Source of the DNA: an uncultured virus (IMG/VR IMGVR_UViG_3300037961_001397)
Taxonomy: Duplodnaviria; Heunggongvirae; Uroviricota; Caudoviricetes
DNA length: 20,000 nt
Reading direction: 5' to 3' (one strand)
Virus record (IMG/VR): IMGVR_UViG_3300037961_001397
Position 1 is the first letter of the stretch, and each line of letters opens with the position of its first letter. Both the position numbers and the translations under genes were made by a program. Positions 1 through 12,500 of the stretch are shown one piece after another. A model generated the notes under the pieces. It saw only the letters and a list, made by a program, of their open reading frames with translations, ran no database searches and had not been told where the DNA came from.

Positions 1-1
1 T

Positions 2-2334
2 TCTATTGCTGTAGAAGAACTTGCATTAGCTGGTGCAACAGTGCTAACAGGTGGTGGTGCAGCCCCAGTTGCAGCAACAAGAACTGGTTATAATGTTTTA
101 AGACTTGGTAAGCTTGGCTTACAAGTACCTAAATTCTTTTCTAAGAGTAGAGAGTTCTTAAATACACTAAGAAATGTAGATGCAGCTAAAGATTTCTGGT
201 CTGCTGCAAGTACAGGTGGTAAAGTATTAGGGCAGATGTTTACTCCAAACACAATTTATGCAATTAAAAATTTAAAGACAACAAAGAATACAGTTCAAAA
301 TGGTTTTAACTTAGCTAAGATGAGAGCCGGTTTTGGTGGCTTTTATAGAGATCTAAGAGCTGTAAATCTTGCCGTAGCTGAAAGTAAGCTAGAAGGTGGT
401 ATGGTTTACAATGAAATTGTAAGAGAAGGGGTTGATATAATGCAAAACAAATCAGGTGGCACAGTTACTCCTGATGAAATGGCTACTATACAAAGTAAAG
501 CTGCTAAAGGTGCATACTATACATCATTAGCTAATGCACCTATTATTTATGCTAGTAACTGGTTTGTACTAGGAAATGCATTAGGAGGTTTTAATAGATC
601 ACTAGGTAGAGTATTTAATGATAGCTTTAGAAAAGGCTTTGCTGGTAGAATTATAAAAACAAAAGCAACAAGAGATGCTGCAGGTAAATTAAATAAAAAT
701 GTATTTAGTGATGCAGGAGCAGGATTTAAGGGCTGGTTAAAGAAAGTTAGAGCAGGCGGCATAAAAGGTAATGCTGGTATGGCTGCTGCTGCAACTTTAA
801 GATATTTTGCTGCTAATGTTGCTGAGGGTATACAAGAAGTATCACAAGAAGCTGTGTCATCAGCAACAAGAGGTTACTTTACAACTGTACTTGAAGACCC
901 AATGGCTGGTGGTATAGAGTTACAAAATGATATGATCCTATCTGGTATGGGTGATCAGCTTAGTGGAGAAGGTTTTAGTGTATTTATGTCTGGATTCTTG
1001 ATGGGTGGTATTGTACAAGGACCACAAAAATTATTTTTTCAGGGTGTTCCAGCAATCTATGATTACGGTCTTAATCCTTTAGGTATAAATGTTGGTACGC
1101 AAAAACAAAAAGATGCTTTTGCAGAATATAAAAAGAACAAAGAAGAGTTAATCAAGAGTCTTGTAGAAACACATAACAATGCATGGAATAGTCAAGTAGA
1201 TGATCCAACAGCTATGTTTGATCCTAATAAGTTAAACTTTATGGTTCAAAAGCAAGTAGCAGACGCTATGAAGAGCAATGTATTTGATCAAGATAAGTTT
1301 GGTTTTATAGATCAAAAAGACTTTGCTAAGTTTCAGCAGATGTATACTATATTCCAAATGGGTACATCTAATATATTCAGAGGTCAGTTACAAGACTACT
1401 TAACTATGACTGATGAAGAATTAGCAGAAGCATTCCCATCATCTAAAACAGATATTAAACAGGGTAAAATTAGAAGTAGGATTCAGGATATGATCAACAA
1501 CATAGATAAGGTTGAGGATCAATATAATGAAGCTAAGAATAGATTCCAAAACCCTTTTGATAGAACTCAATATAAAAAAGGTACAAGAGAGTATATACAA
1601 GAAGCACTTAAAGAATCAGCATATGAACATGCTAGATATCTTTATATGTTCACTCAAGATGGATTTACACGTGCATTAGAAAGATCTAATTCTATATTTC
1701 AGAATCTTGCAAATGATCCACTATTTGAGAACATGGCGGCTAGTGATATGACAGTGTTGTTAGATCTAGATGCTATAGATAATGAGTTAAGGTTACTTGC
1801 TACTGAGATTATAATCAATGAAGGTGATAATGCTACAACTAGAAAGGATAAAAAGAAAAAAGAAGAAAAGTTAAAAAGACTTACAGCTATCAAAGCTATT
1901 CTTACAGATCCTAAGAACTTAACAAAGAGTGGTGCTTTTGATAGAAGAAAGATTAGCACTCTTAGAAAAGAGTTTTATAACTATGTAAGATATATGGCAT
2001 CTTCTGCTGGATCTTTTGTAGATAATACAAAGATAGATGAGGCACTAAAAGAAGTGGTAGATTATCATGCATTAAAAGATAGAGCTAAGGTTTATGATAA
2101 AGCTATTGAGTATTTACAAAACCCAGAAAGATTTAATGAGATTGTTGATAGACAATTAGAAATCAACAAAGAAATATATAAAAATCTTCAAAAGAGACAC
2201 AAACAAAATATTGAAAAGTATATAGAAATTGTTGAGGCAAATCAATTAGTAAATGAATTAGCTGAGCTTGGTGTCTATGGAGATCCTACAGAAGTCAAGA
2301 ATTTCTTGATGAGTGGTAATGCAAACTATCTAAA
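2..2334 (+). CDS. N-terminal portion (5'-truncated) of giant virion protein; probably the same gene as the RNAP ending at 12673
   Basis: The frame is open from position 2 (SIAVEELALAGATVLTGGGAAPV), so GTG at 41 is probably not the true start. It runs stop-free into the N-gap at 2335. The TAG at 2357-2359 lies after the gap, in a frame that depends on the nominal gap length. Gly/Ala-rich hydrophobic segments and AEGIQEVSQE are followed by a charged helical region. Confidence 0.8.
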
Positions 2335-2344
2335 NNNNNNNNNN
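2335..2344. other. Assembly gap (10 N), causes an artefactual frame change
   Basis: N run with open coding frames on both sides, offset relative to each other. Confidence 0.95.
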
Positions 2345-2346
2345 CA

Positions 2347-3454
2347 GAGCAAGGTTTAGTTGATAAGAGAGTTGATAAAGCAAAGTATGAGCAAATTCAA
2401 AGAAAACTTGATACATATAGAAAGGCTACTGAAGTTGATACAACAGAAGCAACAGAAACTAGTGAGAAACAAGCTCAGGTTGATGCACAAGAAACAAAAA
2501 ATACCCAAGACCAAATCTTAGAAGATAATGAGGTTGATGTAATATTACCTGAAACTAATAATACTCCTATGCTTAATGAGTTATTAGAGAGAAGATATAA
2601 AAGGTATGCATCTACACAGGCTGTAATTGGAGAAAAGGTATTACCATTTGAAGAGTGGAGAAATACAGAAGAAGGCCTTACATTACAAAATACATTTAAT
2701 GCTATAAAGAAAGTATGGGCACAAGGATACTATACTACTGATGCAAAAGGTAATGCAGTATTTGTAGAAGTATCAGAAGCAGATTTAAAATCAGAAAAAG
2801 GGTTTAAGGAATATTTAAATTCAAGAGAGGCTAGAGAAAGTGATTTAATAGCTAGTGTTTTAAAATCTGCTGGTTTAGAAATTTCTGATATTGTAGAGCA
2901 AGAAGAGACATTACCAGAAGAAGGTGATATAGTAAAAGGTGATAAGAATAAAACTATCTATAAGAAAGGTATAATTGCTAATGTTGTTAAGATTACTACA
3001 ATAGATCCTGTATCAGGAGATGCAGTAGCTTTATTCAAATTAGTAGATAGCCAAGGTAATAATTTACCATCAGCATTGTTAGACCTAGTTAGTTCCCAAT
3101 ATGGTACATTTGATAATGCTAGTTCTGCAGTAGCAGCACTTAAGAAGATAGAAAAGACAGCACCGGACTCAGCAGACTTTTTGTTTGATGATGTTGTACT
3201 AAATCAAGGTATGCTTGTATATGACAAGAATGGTAAAGAATTTGTTGTATTAAGCACACCAAAGCAAATACAAGGTGGTTACTTACGTTTAGTTGCATCA
3301 GAAGACAACATTGCTAACGTAAAAGAAAGAGAGAAAAAAGTAATCAAGTTACAAGAGGGTCAGTTTGCAAATAACTATTCTGTACAGGAACTTAAGTTTG
3401 AGGTACTACCTAAGAATGTATCTAGACTGAACATCAGTGAGCCTATTACGCCAT
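2347..3454 (+). CDS. Internal fragment of the giant virion protein (between two gaps)
   Basis: The frame of track ORF 2569..3543 is open upstream to the gap (EQGLVDKRVDKAKYEQIQRKLDTYRKATEVDTTE...) and downstream to the second gap. There is no stop or evident gene start between the gaps. Confidence 0.75.
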
Positions 3455-3529
3455 NNNNNNNNNNNNNNNNNNNNNNNNNNNNNNNNNNNNNNNNNNNNNN
3501 NNNNNNNNNNNNNNNNNNNNNNNNNNNNN
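3455..3529. other. Assembly gap (75 N), causes an artefactual frame change
   Basis: N run with open coding frames on both sides. Confidence 0.95.
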
Positions 3530-6500
3530 ACTATACCCGGTAACCCTTCTAATCCTTATATAAAGATTAAAAGAAGTAAGTATGTTATTGGTCTTAGGAT
3601 AAATAACCCAGATACTCAAGCAAGAGTTAATTTAGTTCTTGAAAGAAATGGTATACCACAAGTAGATAGTGATCAAAATATATTTGCATACCTACCAAAT
3701 CAAAATGTTGAGATGGTAGATCCGCAAGGTAATATTATAGATCCTAGAAACATGTCTAGAGATCAAGCTAATAATACAATATTTGTAAGCAACACACTTA
3801 GTCAACAGATGAGTAAGCCAGATATATTAAAACTTGCTCAAAACAATTTTGCACTAAATGCACTATTAGTATCTACACTTGACTCCCTAGGTATTACATC
3901 AGAAACTACAGCTGTTTTATCTGCTAATGATTTACCGTTTAGTATGTCTATTATTATAGAGGGCGGTGTAATGGATTATGATAATAGTTCTACAAGGTCT
4001 CTAAGAGATTTAAATTATCAGTCTGCAGATAACCAAGGTAACTTCTTAGTCTATGATTTAAAGATGGGCAAGGATGGTAAGAGAACAGAACAATCAATAA
4101 CTAATCTAGAAGGCTCTGAGGCACGTGCTTTAAGAGATCAGGTAGAAGCAGGATTGAAAGCTCAAGGTTTATGGAATCAAATGATAGAAGGTACAGACAG
4201 ATATGTAGCTGCTGTATTATTACCAAATGGTACATATGGTTTAGTAAACTTAAAGGCAGAACAGTTTAGTGCAGAAGACTTGACTGGTTTAGCTACAGAC
4301 TTGGTAGAAAGAGCACAGCTTACACAAAAAGAAAATCTTGATGATAAAGGGAAAGAAAAAGATTTAGCTTATAATAGTGAATATAATGCACAGTTAGGAG
4401 AAAGTTTATTTATTAGTACTATCCCTGGATATACAGTACAATTACAAGTTAATCCTTTTGGTAAAATACAGATGCAGCTCTTTGATAAGACAAGCCAGCA
4501 GCAAGTTGGTAAGACTGTAGAGCTATCTAAGGATAAGATCAATGATACATCTTTAAGTGTATCTGATAAGATGCAAACATTAATTGATTCATTTAATGAA
4601 GAAGCTGACATCAAAGCATCAGGTGTAAGTATCAGTGGTAAGAACTTCAGAAACTCATTTCCTGATGGAACTACGGTAGAAGAAATTATTAGTAAAACAA
4701 GCACTAATGTTACACCGCAGGTTATCAAGCAACAGAAATTAAGACTTACTGCTGACTCAGCAGCAATACAAGCATCAAGAGATGTTGATGCAAATACAGA
4801 TAGAAAAGTAGAGCCTATTGCAAGACCAGAGCCAACAGTAACTATTGCTGAAGAAGCTGAAGAAAGTATATTAGATCTTAGTGAAGAAGAGTTTAATGAT
4901 TATGCAGCTGATGACTTTGTTAATATGCCATCAGAGTTTATGGAGCATATTGTAAATAAAAAGCTAAGAGGTGAAGAACTTAATGATAGAGAAAAACAAG
5001 TAGAAAGAATAAAGCTTAGTGAAATTACACTGGCTGTTGCTAAACGTGGTGGTGAAGGTTCAGTTACTATTGAGACTGAGACAGAAACAGTTGAGAAAAA
5101 AGATTCTCTATCACAAGTTATTAGGCAACTTGATGAGTTAAAAGCTCAATTACTTGAAGGAGTTGATGGTAGAAGTAGAAACAAAGTACTAAGAGAAAAT
5201 AAAGAGTACCAAGATCTTTTAAAGATACGGAAGGCACTTGAGAAAGAAGCAAACAAAGTATTGCCAGCTGAACTATCTAATGAAGATATAGAAGACATAA
5301 ATGCATTTACAGTATGGGCAAGTGATAACTTACCAGACTATATAGATATACAAGACATTGCTACTTTAGGTAATAATCTTAAGGCAGGTGGTGTACGTGT
5401 AGGTGCATTTGTTCTTGGTTTAAATAATATTGCAGGTAATGTAAAAGTATCAGGTACAATATATACAGGTGCAAGAAGCCCATTTAAATATCATGAGGCT
5501 TTCCACGGTGTATTTAGAATGTTGTTATCTGATCAAGATATAGCAAGGTACCGTAGCATTGCTAGAAAAGAAGTACGTGCAAAACTCAGAGCAGAAGGTA
5601 AAAGTTTTGAGAAAGAACTACAAAGATTTAGAAACTCTGCTGATACATATACTAATATGAGCAGAAAGGAACTTGAGAATGAGTACTATGAAGAGTATAT
5701 GGCAGATGAGTTTGAGAAGTTTAAGACAAATCCAAAGAGCACTAAGACAGATGCTAGTATCAAGTCTTTATTTACTAGGATTTTGGATTGGATTAGATCT
5801 GTATTTAGTTCATATAACAAGAACGAGTTACAAACATTATTTGAAAAAATTGACTCAGGTAAATTTAAGGGTGCGTCAATAGCGTCAAATGAGTTTACTG
5901 CACCATTGGTAGAAGGTATAAGTGTAGAAGCAAATGCATTGATACCTTACGCATCAGAAAGATCAGGTGATAAAGTTGGTTATATTTATTTAGATAGTGA
6001 TATAGCAGATCCAATGATCCGTAGTATAGCAGCAATGTTTTTAAATAGAACATCAGCTATAGAAGGAGCATATAATCCACAAGCTGTTTTAAATGAGCTT
6101 ATGGATGATTTTGCTTGGTTATATAGTCCTGACAACCCAACTAACCAAAACAAAGATGAGTTACAAAAGAAAAGACTATCTGAAATAGAATTAGCTTTTG
6201 ATAATTACTCACAAGAAATATTAGAAGAAACTGTTAAGCTTTTAAATATTATTAGTGATCAAGATGTAGATCAAGAATTTACAGTTGATGAATTCCAAGA
6301 TGATACAGGTCTAAGAACTACATCTCAGTATGACAAGGATGCATCACTAATTGGAGGATTTAGATCATTATCTTCTAAATTAAGAGCTTATATTGCAACA
6401 ACAACTGTTGCGTCAACAGACTACTTTGGTAATGAAGAGCTGGTTGATGGTGAAAAATTAATTGTAGCTGTCAACTTTGTAGATGCATATAATGGATTAT

Positions 6501-9500
6501 TAAAATCTGTAAAAAGTATAGAGGATCCATTGAAGATCTTACAGAGCATGTACTTCTTTGGTCAAGACAATCCACAAGCTGGAGCTGTTGTAAATAGAAT
6601 TTTACAAGATGTAGGAATATCAGAAGAAGAATTACTATCTGGTGCTTCATTACCAGTAGAGTTGAAAAATGCACCATTATTACAGTCTATTCTAAAAGGT
6701 TTTGAAAACTTTAGAGTTGACTATATATTTAATGAAAGAGATTCACAAGGTAATATAAGAATCTACAGTGCATCTGAAAGAGATGATATTAACTCACAAC
6801 TTGATAGATGGAGCCAAGCTTTTATTAGTAAAAGAAAACAACTGGTATCTAACCCAAAAAGAAAGAGAGCAACAAAGAACTTATTAGAAGATATATCATC
6901 TGATCTACAAGTATCTGAAAAAGCAATTACTAATGTTAGAATGGAAAATGACTCTAAAAAATACTCAGAGTTATTATTTGATTTAGTTGGTATAAAGCTT
7001 AGTCCTATGTATTTGCAGTTTAGTATGGTGGCTAATAGACCATCTAATAAACTTACTGTAAAACAAAAAGCATTAGTTAATTTATATGCACAAGAAACAC
7101 CTTTATCTGTAGATGATGTAAATCAGTTAAACTTATTACTGCAACAAGATCAGAATATTTTTGCAACAGATGACTCAGGAATGAGCTCAAGACTAAAAGT
7201 AATGAGTATAAATAATGCTCCTTTTGATGAAACAATTGGTGCATCAGTATTTAAAAATCCAAATGGTGATTTGGTATATGCACATCAGCTGCCTACATAC
7301 CATCTTAAAAAAGTAGCATCATTAAATAACCAGGTTGAGTTAGAAAAAATCAAAGACTCTGACCCATATATGGACAACAATTACCTGCTTAATAATAGTG
7401 CCTTTAATAAAATGTCTGAAGAGAATAGACTAAAAGTAACTAGAGTTGCTGGTAGTAAAGTAGGACAGTCATTACAGAGTGAGTCTGATATTAATGATAA
7501 TATATCTGGTGTTACATCAACATCTACATATGGTGATTTTACTCCACAAGAGTTTGCACTTAGTATTATAAATAATTACACTGCTTTATTCAATACAAAA
7601 AGTAATAGAGTACAAACTGTAGAAAGCTTAGATGAAGAGGGTAAAGCTATTGTTACGGCACTAGCTCCTGTATTAATTAGAGTTATGGAAGCTTCTAACA
7701 CAGGGGATATGATTAATCTTCCTGTGATCAAAGCTGTTGAGTTTGTAAATGGTGAAGCGGTATTAACAGAGGAAGCTGTAGATGTATATGTAAATCAAAT
7801 AAGAACTGAATTCTCTAGAATAAATAGAGAATCAAATGAAGCAACACTTACGGGTGAAGAGATACTTGGTTATAATAGTATTGATGGTAGAGCTTATAAG
7901 CTTCACAATACTAGACTTCTATTAAGTAATGAAACTAAAACAAAATTAGAAGGTATTGCAGTATCACAAGGTAAAGATGGGAATCCTATAACTCTTGATG
8001 AGTCACTAAAGTTTGCAGGTATTACTATGACACAACTAAGAAAAGAAGTTGTAGATAATTTAGAAATACAATTTAATGAGTTTCAAGAACTAATTACAGA
8101 ACTTAAGATAAAAGATCAGATATCTAAAAACATAACAGATGGTTTAGTTGTTGCACAAGGTGTATCTAGAAAGAATACTATAGCATCTGCAAAGGCACTG
8201 AACCTAAACTTTGATGAGACACATAACCTAAAACAGATATTCTTTAATGATTGGATTAATAGTAATGCAATAAATGAAATACTGCTTGGTGATCAGGCTG
8301 TATCTCTAAAAGATTCTGTTGATCAAGTTAAAAGAGCTAAGATGCAAAATGCATCATACTATAGTGCATATAGTGCTGTTACTGCTCCTGAACTAGGTGT
8401 AACTCATCCAGTAGAAGATATTAGTTTAGTTACATTAGAAGAGCCTAAGTCTGGTAATATAGATGTTGCAGATGCACAAATGTATATTACTACTAAAGCA
8501 TTTAGATATATGTTCTTTGGTTTTGGTAAGTTAAGTCCAGCACAAGCAAAGCTGATAACAGATGTAGAAAATGGTATACCAATTAGCTCTGATAGAATAT
8601 TTGGTACCGCTGAATCACCTGAAGGTTTAGCTAAAATGCAGGCTATGCTTAACTCTAAAAAGCTTGTTTATGGTGATGGTAGTACATTCTTAAAGATGTC
8701 TGCTTTTGTGCTTACACCTGACTATACTTCAAACTGGGATGGTTCTAAATGGGTTGCTAAACCTAATAGAGTAGCACTTCATAATCTAAGAGTAAAGCTT
8801 GAGGCAATTGAGGATACAAAAGACACTATAAGTATTGCAGCTCCATTGAGTGCAATTAAAATGAAAAAGCAACGTATCAATTCTCTTGATGACCTTAAAA
8901 CAGATAGTCCATTTAGTAATGGTCATACTACACTAGATGCAAGATTTATGGGATTACAAGTTCTGAATCCATCTAATAAGTTAGAAATAGTAGATCCTAC
9001 ACAGATAAAAGAAATTGCAACATCAGAGCAAAAAGATGATGTGTTTGTTGATGGACTTAATATGACTGTTGGAGAAATCAGACAAGCATATAATGATGCT
9101 GTCTCAAGAAGAGTTGTACTAAAATATAAAAACAAAAGAAATTTAATCTTCAGTTTGGATACCGCTCTTGATGAGTTTAGAGTATCTAAAAAAGAAGGAG
9201 CTATTACTCCAAATCTTTCTGCATTCTTAAACTATGCAGTTGCTGGATTAAAAGCATCACAAGCTAGTAGTAACTTATTAGAGTTCTTTTCTACTACAGA
9301 TGGTGTTCAAAATTACAATCTTAATAACCCTATTACTATTAAGAAGTTTGAGCAGTTGTTTTTTAGTTACTTCAGTAGAGGTGTATTATCTGAAAGAACA
9401 CCAGGTGTTTCATTAACTCTTGTTTCTGACTTTGGTAATAGTGTATATAGAAGAGTATTTGAAATAGATGAGAATGGAGTACCAGTAAGATCAGAAGTTA

Positions 9501-12500
9501 TAAGACAAGATGTTTGGGAAAGAATGGCTAATAAGCCTGAGCTTTCTAACATAGAAGATCTTACAAATAACAATATACCTAAAGAAGGTGTGGTTGTATT
9601 AGATAGATTAAGATCTGGCCTTATGGAGTATGATGCACAAGGAAAACCTACAGGGCAAAGATATACTGAGATGATGATGCCAGCTCACCAAAAAGAGGTT
9701 ATGGACTTAATACAAGATACTGATGCACCTATTCCTGATGTAGTAGCTAAAATGTTTGGTGTCAGAATACCATCACAAGATAATCATTCTACAGTAAATA
9801 TGAAGATGGTTGACTTTTTACCAGTATATTTTGGATCATCAGCAATGTTTGCAGAAGAGCTAATAGAAATATCAGGTGCTGACTTTGATATTGATAAAGT
9901 ATTTGCACAGATAAAAGAGTTCTATGTAAAAGATGATCAGTTTATTGAGTATGGTAAAGGTAAAAATGTAAGTGAAAAATATAGTGAGTATGTACAATAT
10001 GTAAATAACAAAGTAGAACAAAAAGGAACTCAGTACTCAGAAGCATTAGGTATCTATAATAATAGAGAAGGAGCTGCAAGAATTCAAAACTCAGTTGATG
10101 ATGTTGAACAAGATATTGCAACTGATGCAGGTTTATCAGAAAATGCATTAAATGCATTAAAGATTCTTGGCCTACCTATTACACAAAAACAGTATGGGGA
10201 GTATGTAGCTAAACATGGAGAGCCATATGAGGCACCTATGAATAATGATGTACTTGACTATAGATATGCACTTATGGGCAACCGTGGTGTTACAGAAGGA
10301 AGTAATCCTATATCATATCAACCAGCAACAACAGATGTGCTTACAGATACCCTTGACTTCTTAGCAAGTCAGTCTGAAGTTTTTGCTGAAAGAGTTCAAG
10401 AAGACAACGTTGATGTAGATAATTTATCAGGTAAGATAAAAGCATTTAGAGCTAACAAGGGTGCTTCTATTGGTGCTATTGTATTACCTAACTTATATTT
10501 AAGTTTATTAACTGAGTACAACATTAAACTGAATGAAAGTATTAGCATTAATGGTAAATCATATAATGACTTTGGTAGAACGCTAGATGATAATGGTCAA
10601 AGAAAACAAGATACATTATCAGCACTAATTACTATGGCAACAGATAATGCAAAAGATAGGCTTGTTGCTAAGCTAGGATTAAATAGACATGCAATGGGTG
10701 TTGTTGCTAACTTGACAGCATTAGGTGTACCTATACAAACTTCTATATTATTAATTAATCATCCAGTCATACAAGATTTATACTCAGAAGCTCTTAATAA
10801 AAAAGATAAGCTTGATCCTGGTATGGATACTTTAGTAAGAAACAAACTTGCAGAGATTAAGAAAGAAGTTAAGGCAGAGCCTGTCAATGATAGATTCTTG
10901 TTAGATGTTATAGATAATCCACAGGATGAAAGTGCAGGAGAACTTAAAGGTGTTCTTTCATTATTTAGCCAAGTATTGAGAATTAAAAATTATACTGGTA
11001 AGATGGGAGCTGTTACAAGTTTATCTAAAGGTTTAGGTAAAAATGTAGCTAGCATAAGAGAAAAATCTACTGATATAAAATCACTATTTGCTCAAGATGC
11101 ACCTATGGATTTGTCTCCTATATATAAGGGCAAGACTTGGCAAAATCAATACTTAAAAATATTCTATCAGATTACAGATGATTTATTACCTGCAACATTC
11201 TTAACTGCAAGTGCATCTTTTAATAGTATATTATCAAGTGTTCTAGACAATATGGATACTAGAGGTATTAGTTTTAATGAAGAGGTAATAGAAAGTATTT
11301 CTACAGATCTATTGTCTTACTTAACAATAAAAGCATACCAACAAAATCAATTAGAGAATGATCAACAAAGGGTTGCTACACTAAGTAATGATATATTATA
11401 TCCAACAGATTATGAATCTATAAATGATATAATAAATAGATTAAAGGGTACAGAAGAAGGTGCAAACAACTTCTTCCTAGACAACTTTATAATTAGCCTG
11501 CGTGCTAATGAAGTTGATAACCAAACAGGTCTTAATCTTGCAAATGCAAATACCTTTAGAAATCTATCAGCTGCACAAAAAGTTGACTTACAAAGTGACT
11601 TTGCAAAACTGTTTGGCTCAGTAAAAACTAAGAATGATGCAATGTCAATTGTAAACTATATAATGGTTAAAGATGGATTGCAAGTTAAATATGCATCACT
11701 TTTAGAAGCTATCAGTCCTTTTGTTATAGGTAATTACCTTGATCAAATTAACAGTGTAGAGAAGGCCCTAAGAGGTGAAGCAAGTTTTGAGTCTGTATTT
11801 GGTATGAGCCAAGAAGAATTACAACAAGAGTTTGAGAATGGATATCTTTTGTCTAATGTTTCTGGTGCAAAGTTATACACGTTTGTACGTAATGAAGTTA
11901 CTGGTAGTTTACCTCAAGGTGTATCAGTAAAAGATGATGTTGTAACTGTAGCTTGGGAAAAAATGGGAATAGAAAACCCACCAAAATATTTAAGAGTAGG
12001 TGTTACAAATATTTTATCAGGTGTTACAAATTATAAAACCTATGGTAGAATAGAGGAATCAAATAAGTATGAGGTTGTAGAGACTATGGGATCAAATCAA
12101 CAAACTGCTATTGGGTTTATGTTTGGTGATAGACCTACTTATAAGAGTGTAAGAGACTATGTAAAAAAGAAGAACCAAGATACTTCTGTAACAGATATAA
12201 CAGATAGCATTGCTATTGATGAAACCAAAGGTATCCAAGAGCAGGTTCTTAAAAATGATAACAGTAATATTGAAGCAACAGAAAGTTCAGTAGAAGTACA
12301 ATTAGATCCTGAAGCAGAAGCTGTAAACTTAGCTAATACAGCAGCATTACTTGAACAACTTGGCATGGATACTGAAGCACAAGATAGAGGTGAGGCAGAG
12401 GCCAATGTTATTGATGATGTTGATCAGTCATTACCAGAAGTCAGTCAAGTTGAAGAACAGCTTATGCTTGATTTTGAAACTGAAATAGATGAGCAATATC

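Noticed and set aside
2335..3543. Programmed frameshifts or pseudogenisation at the ORF breaks; track starts at 2569 and 3437 and stops at 2359 and 3543
   Set aside because: Both frame changes fall on N-gaps of estimated length, so they are most simply assembly artefacts.
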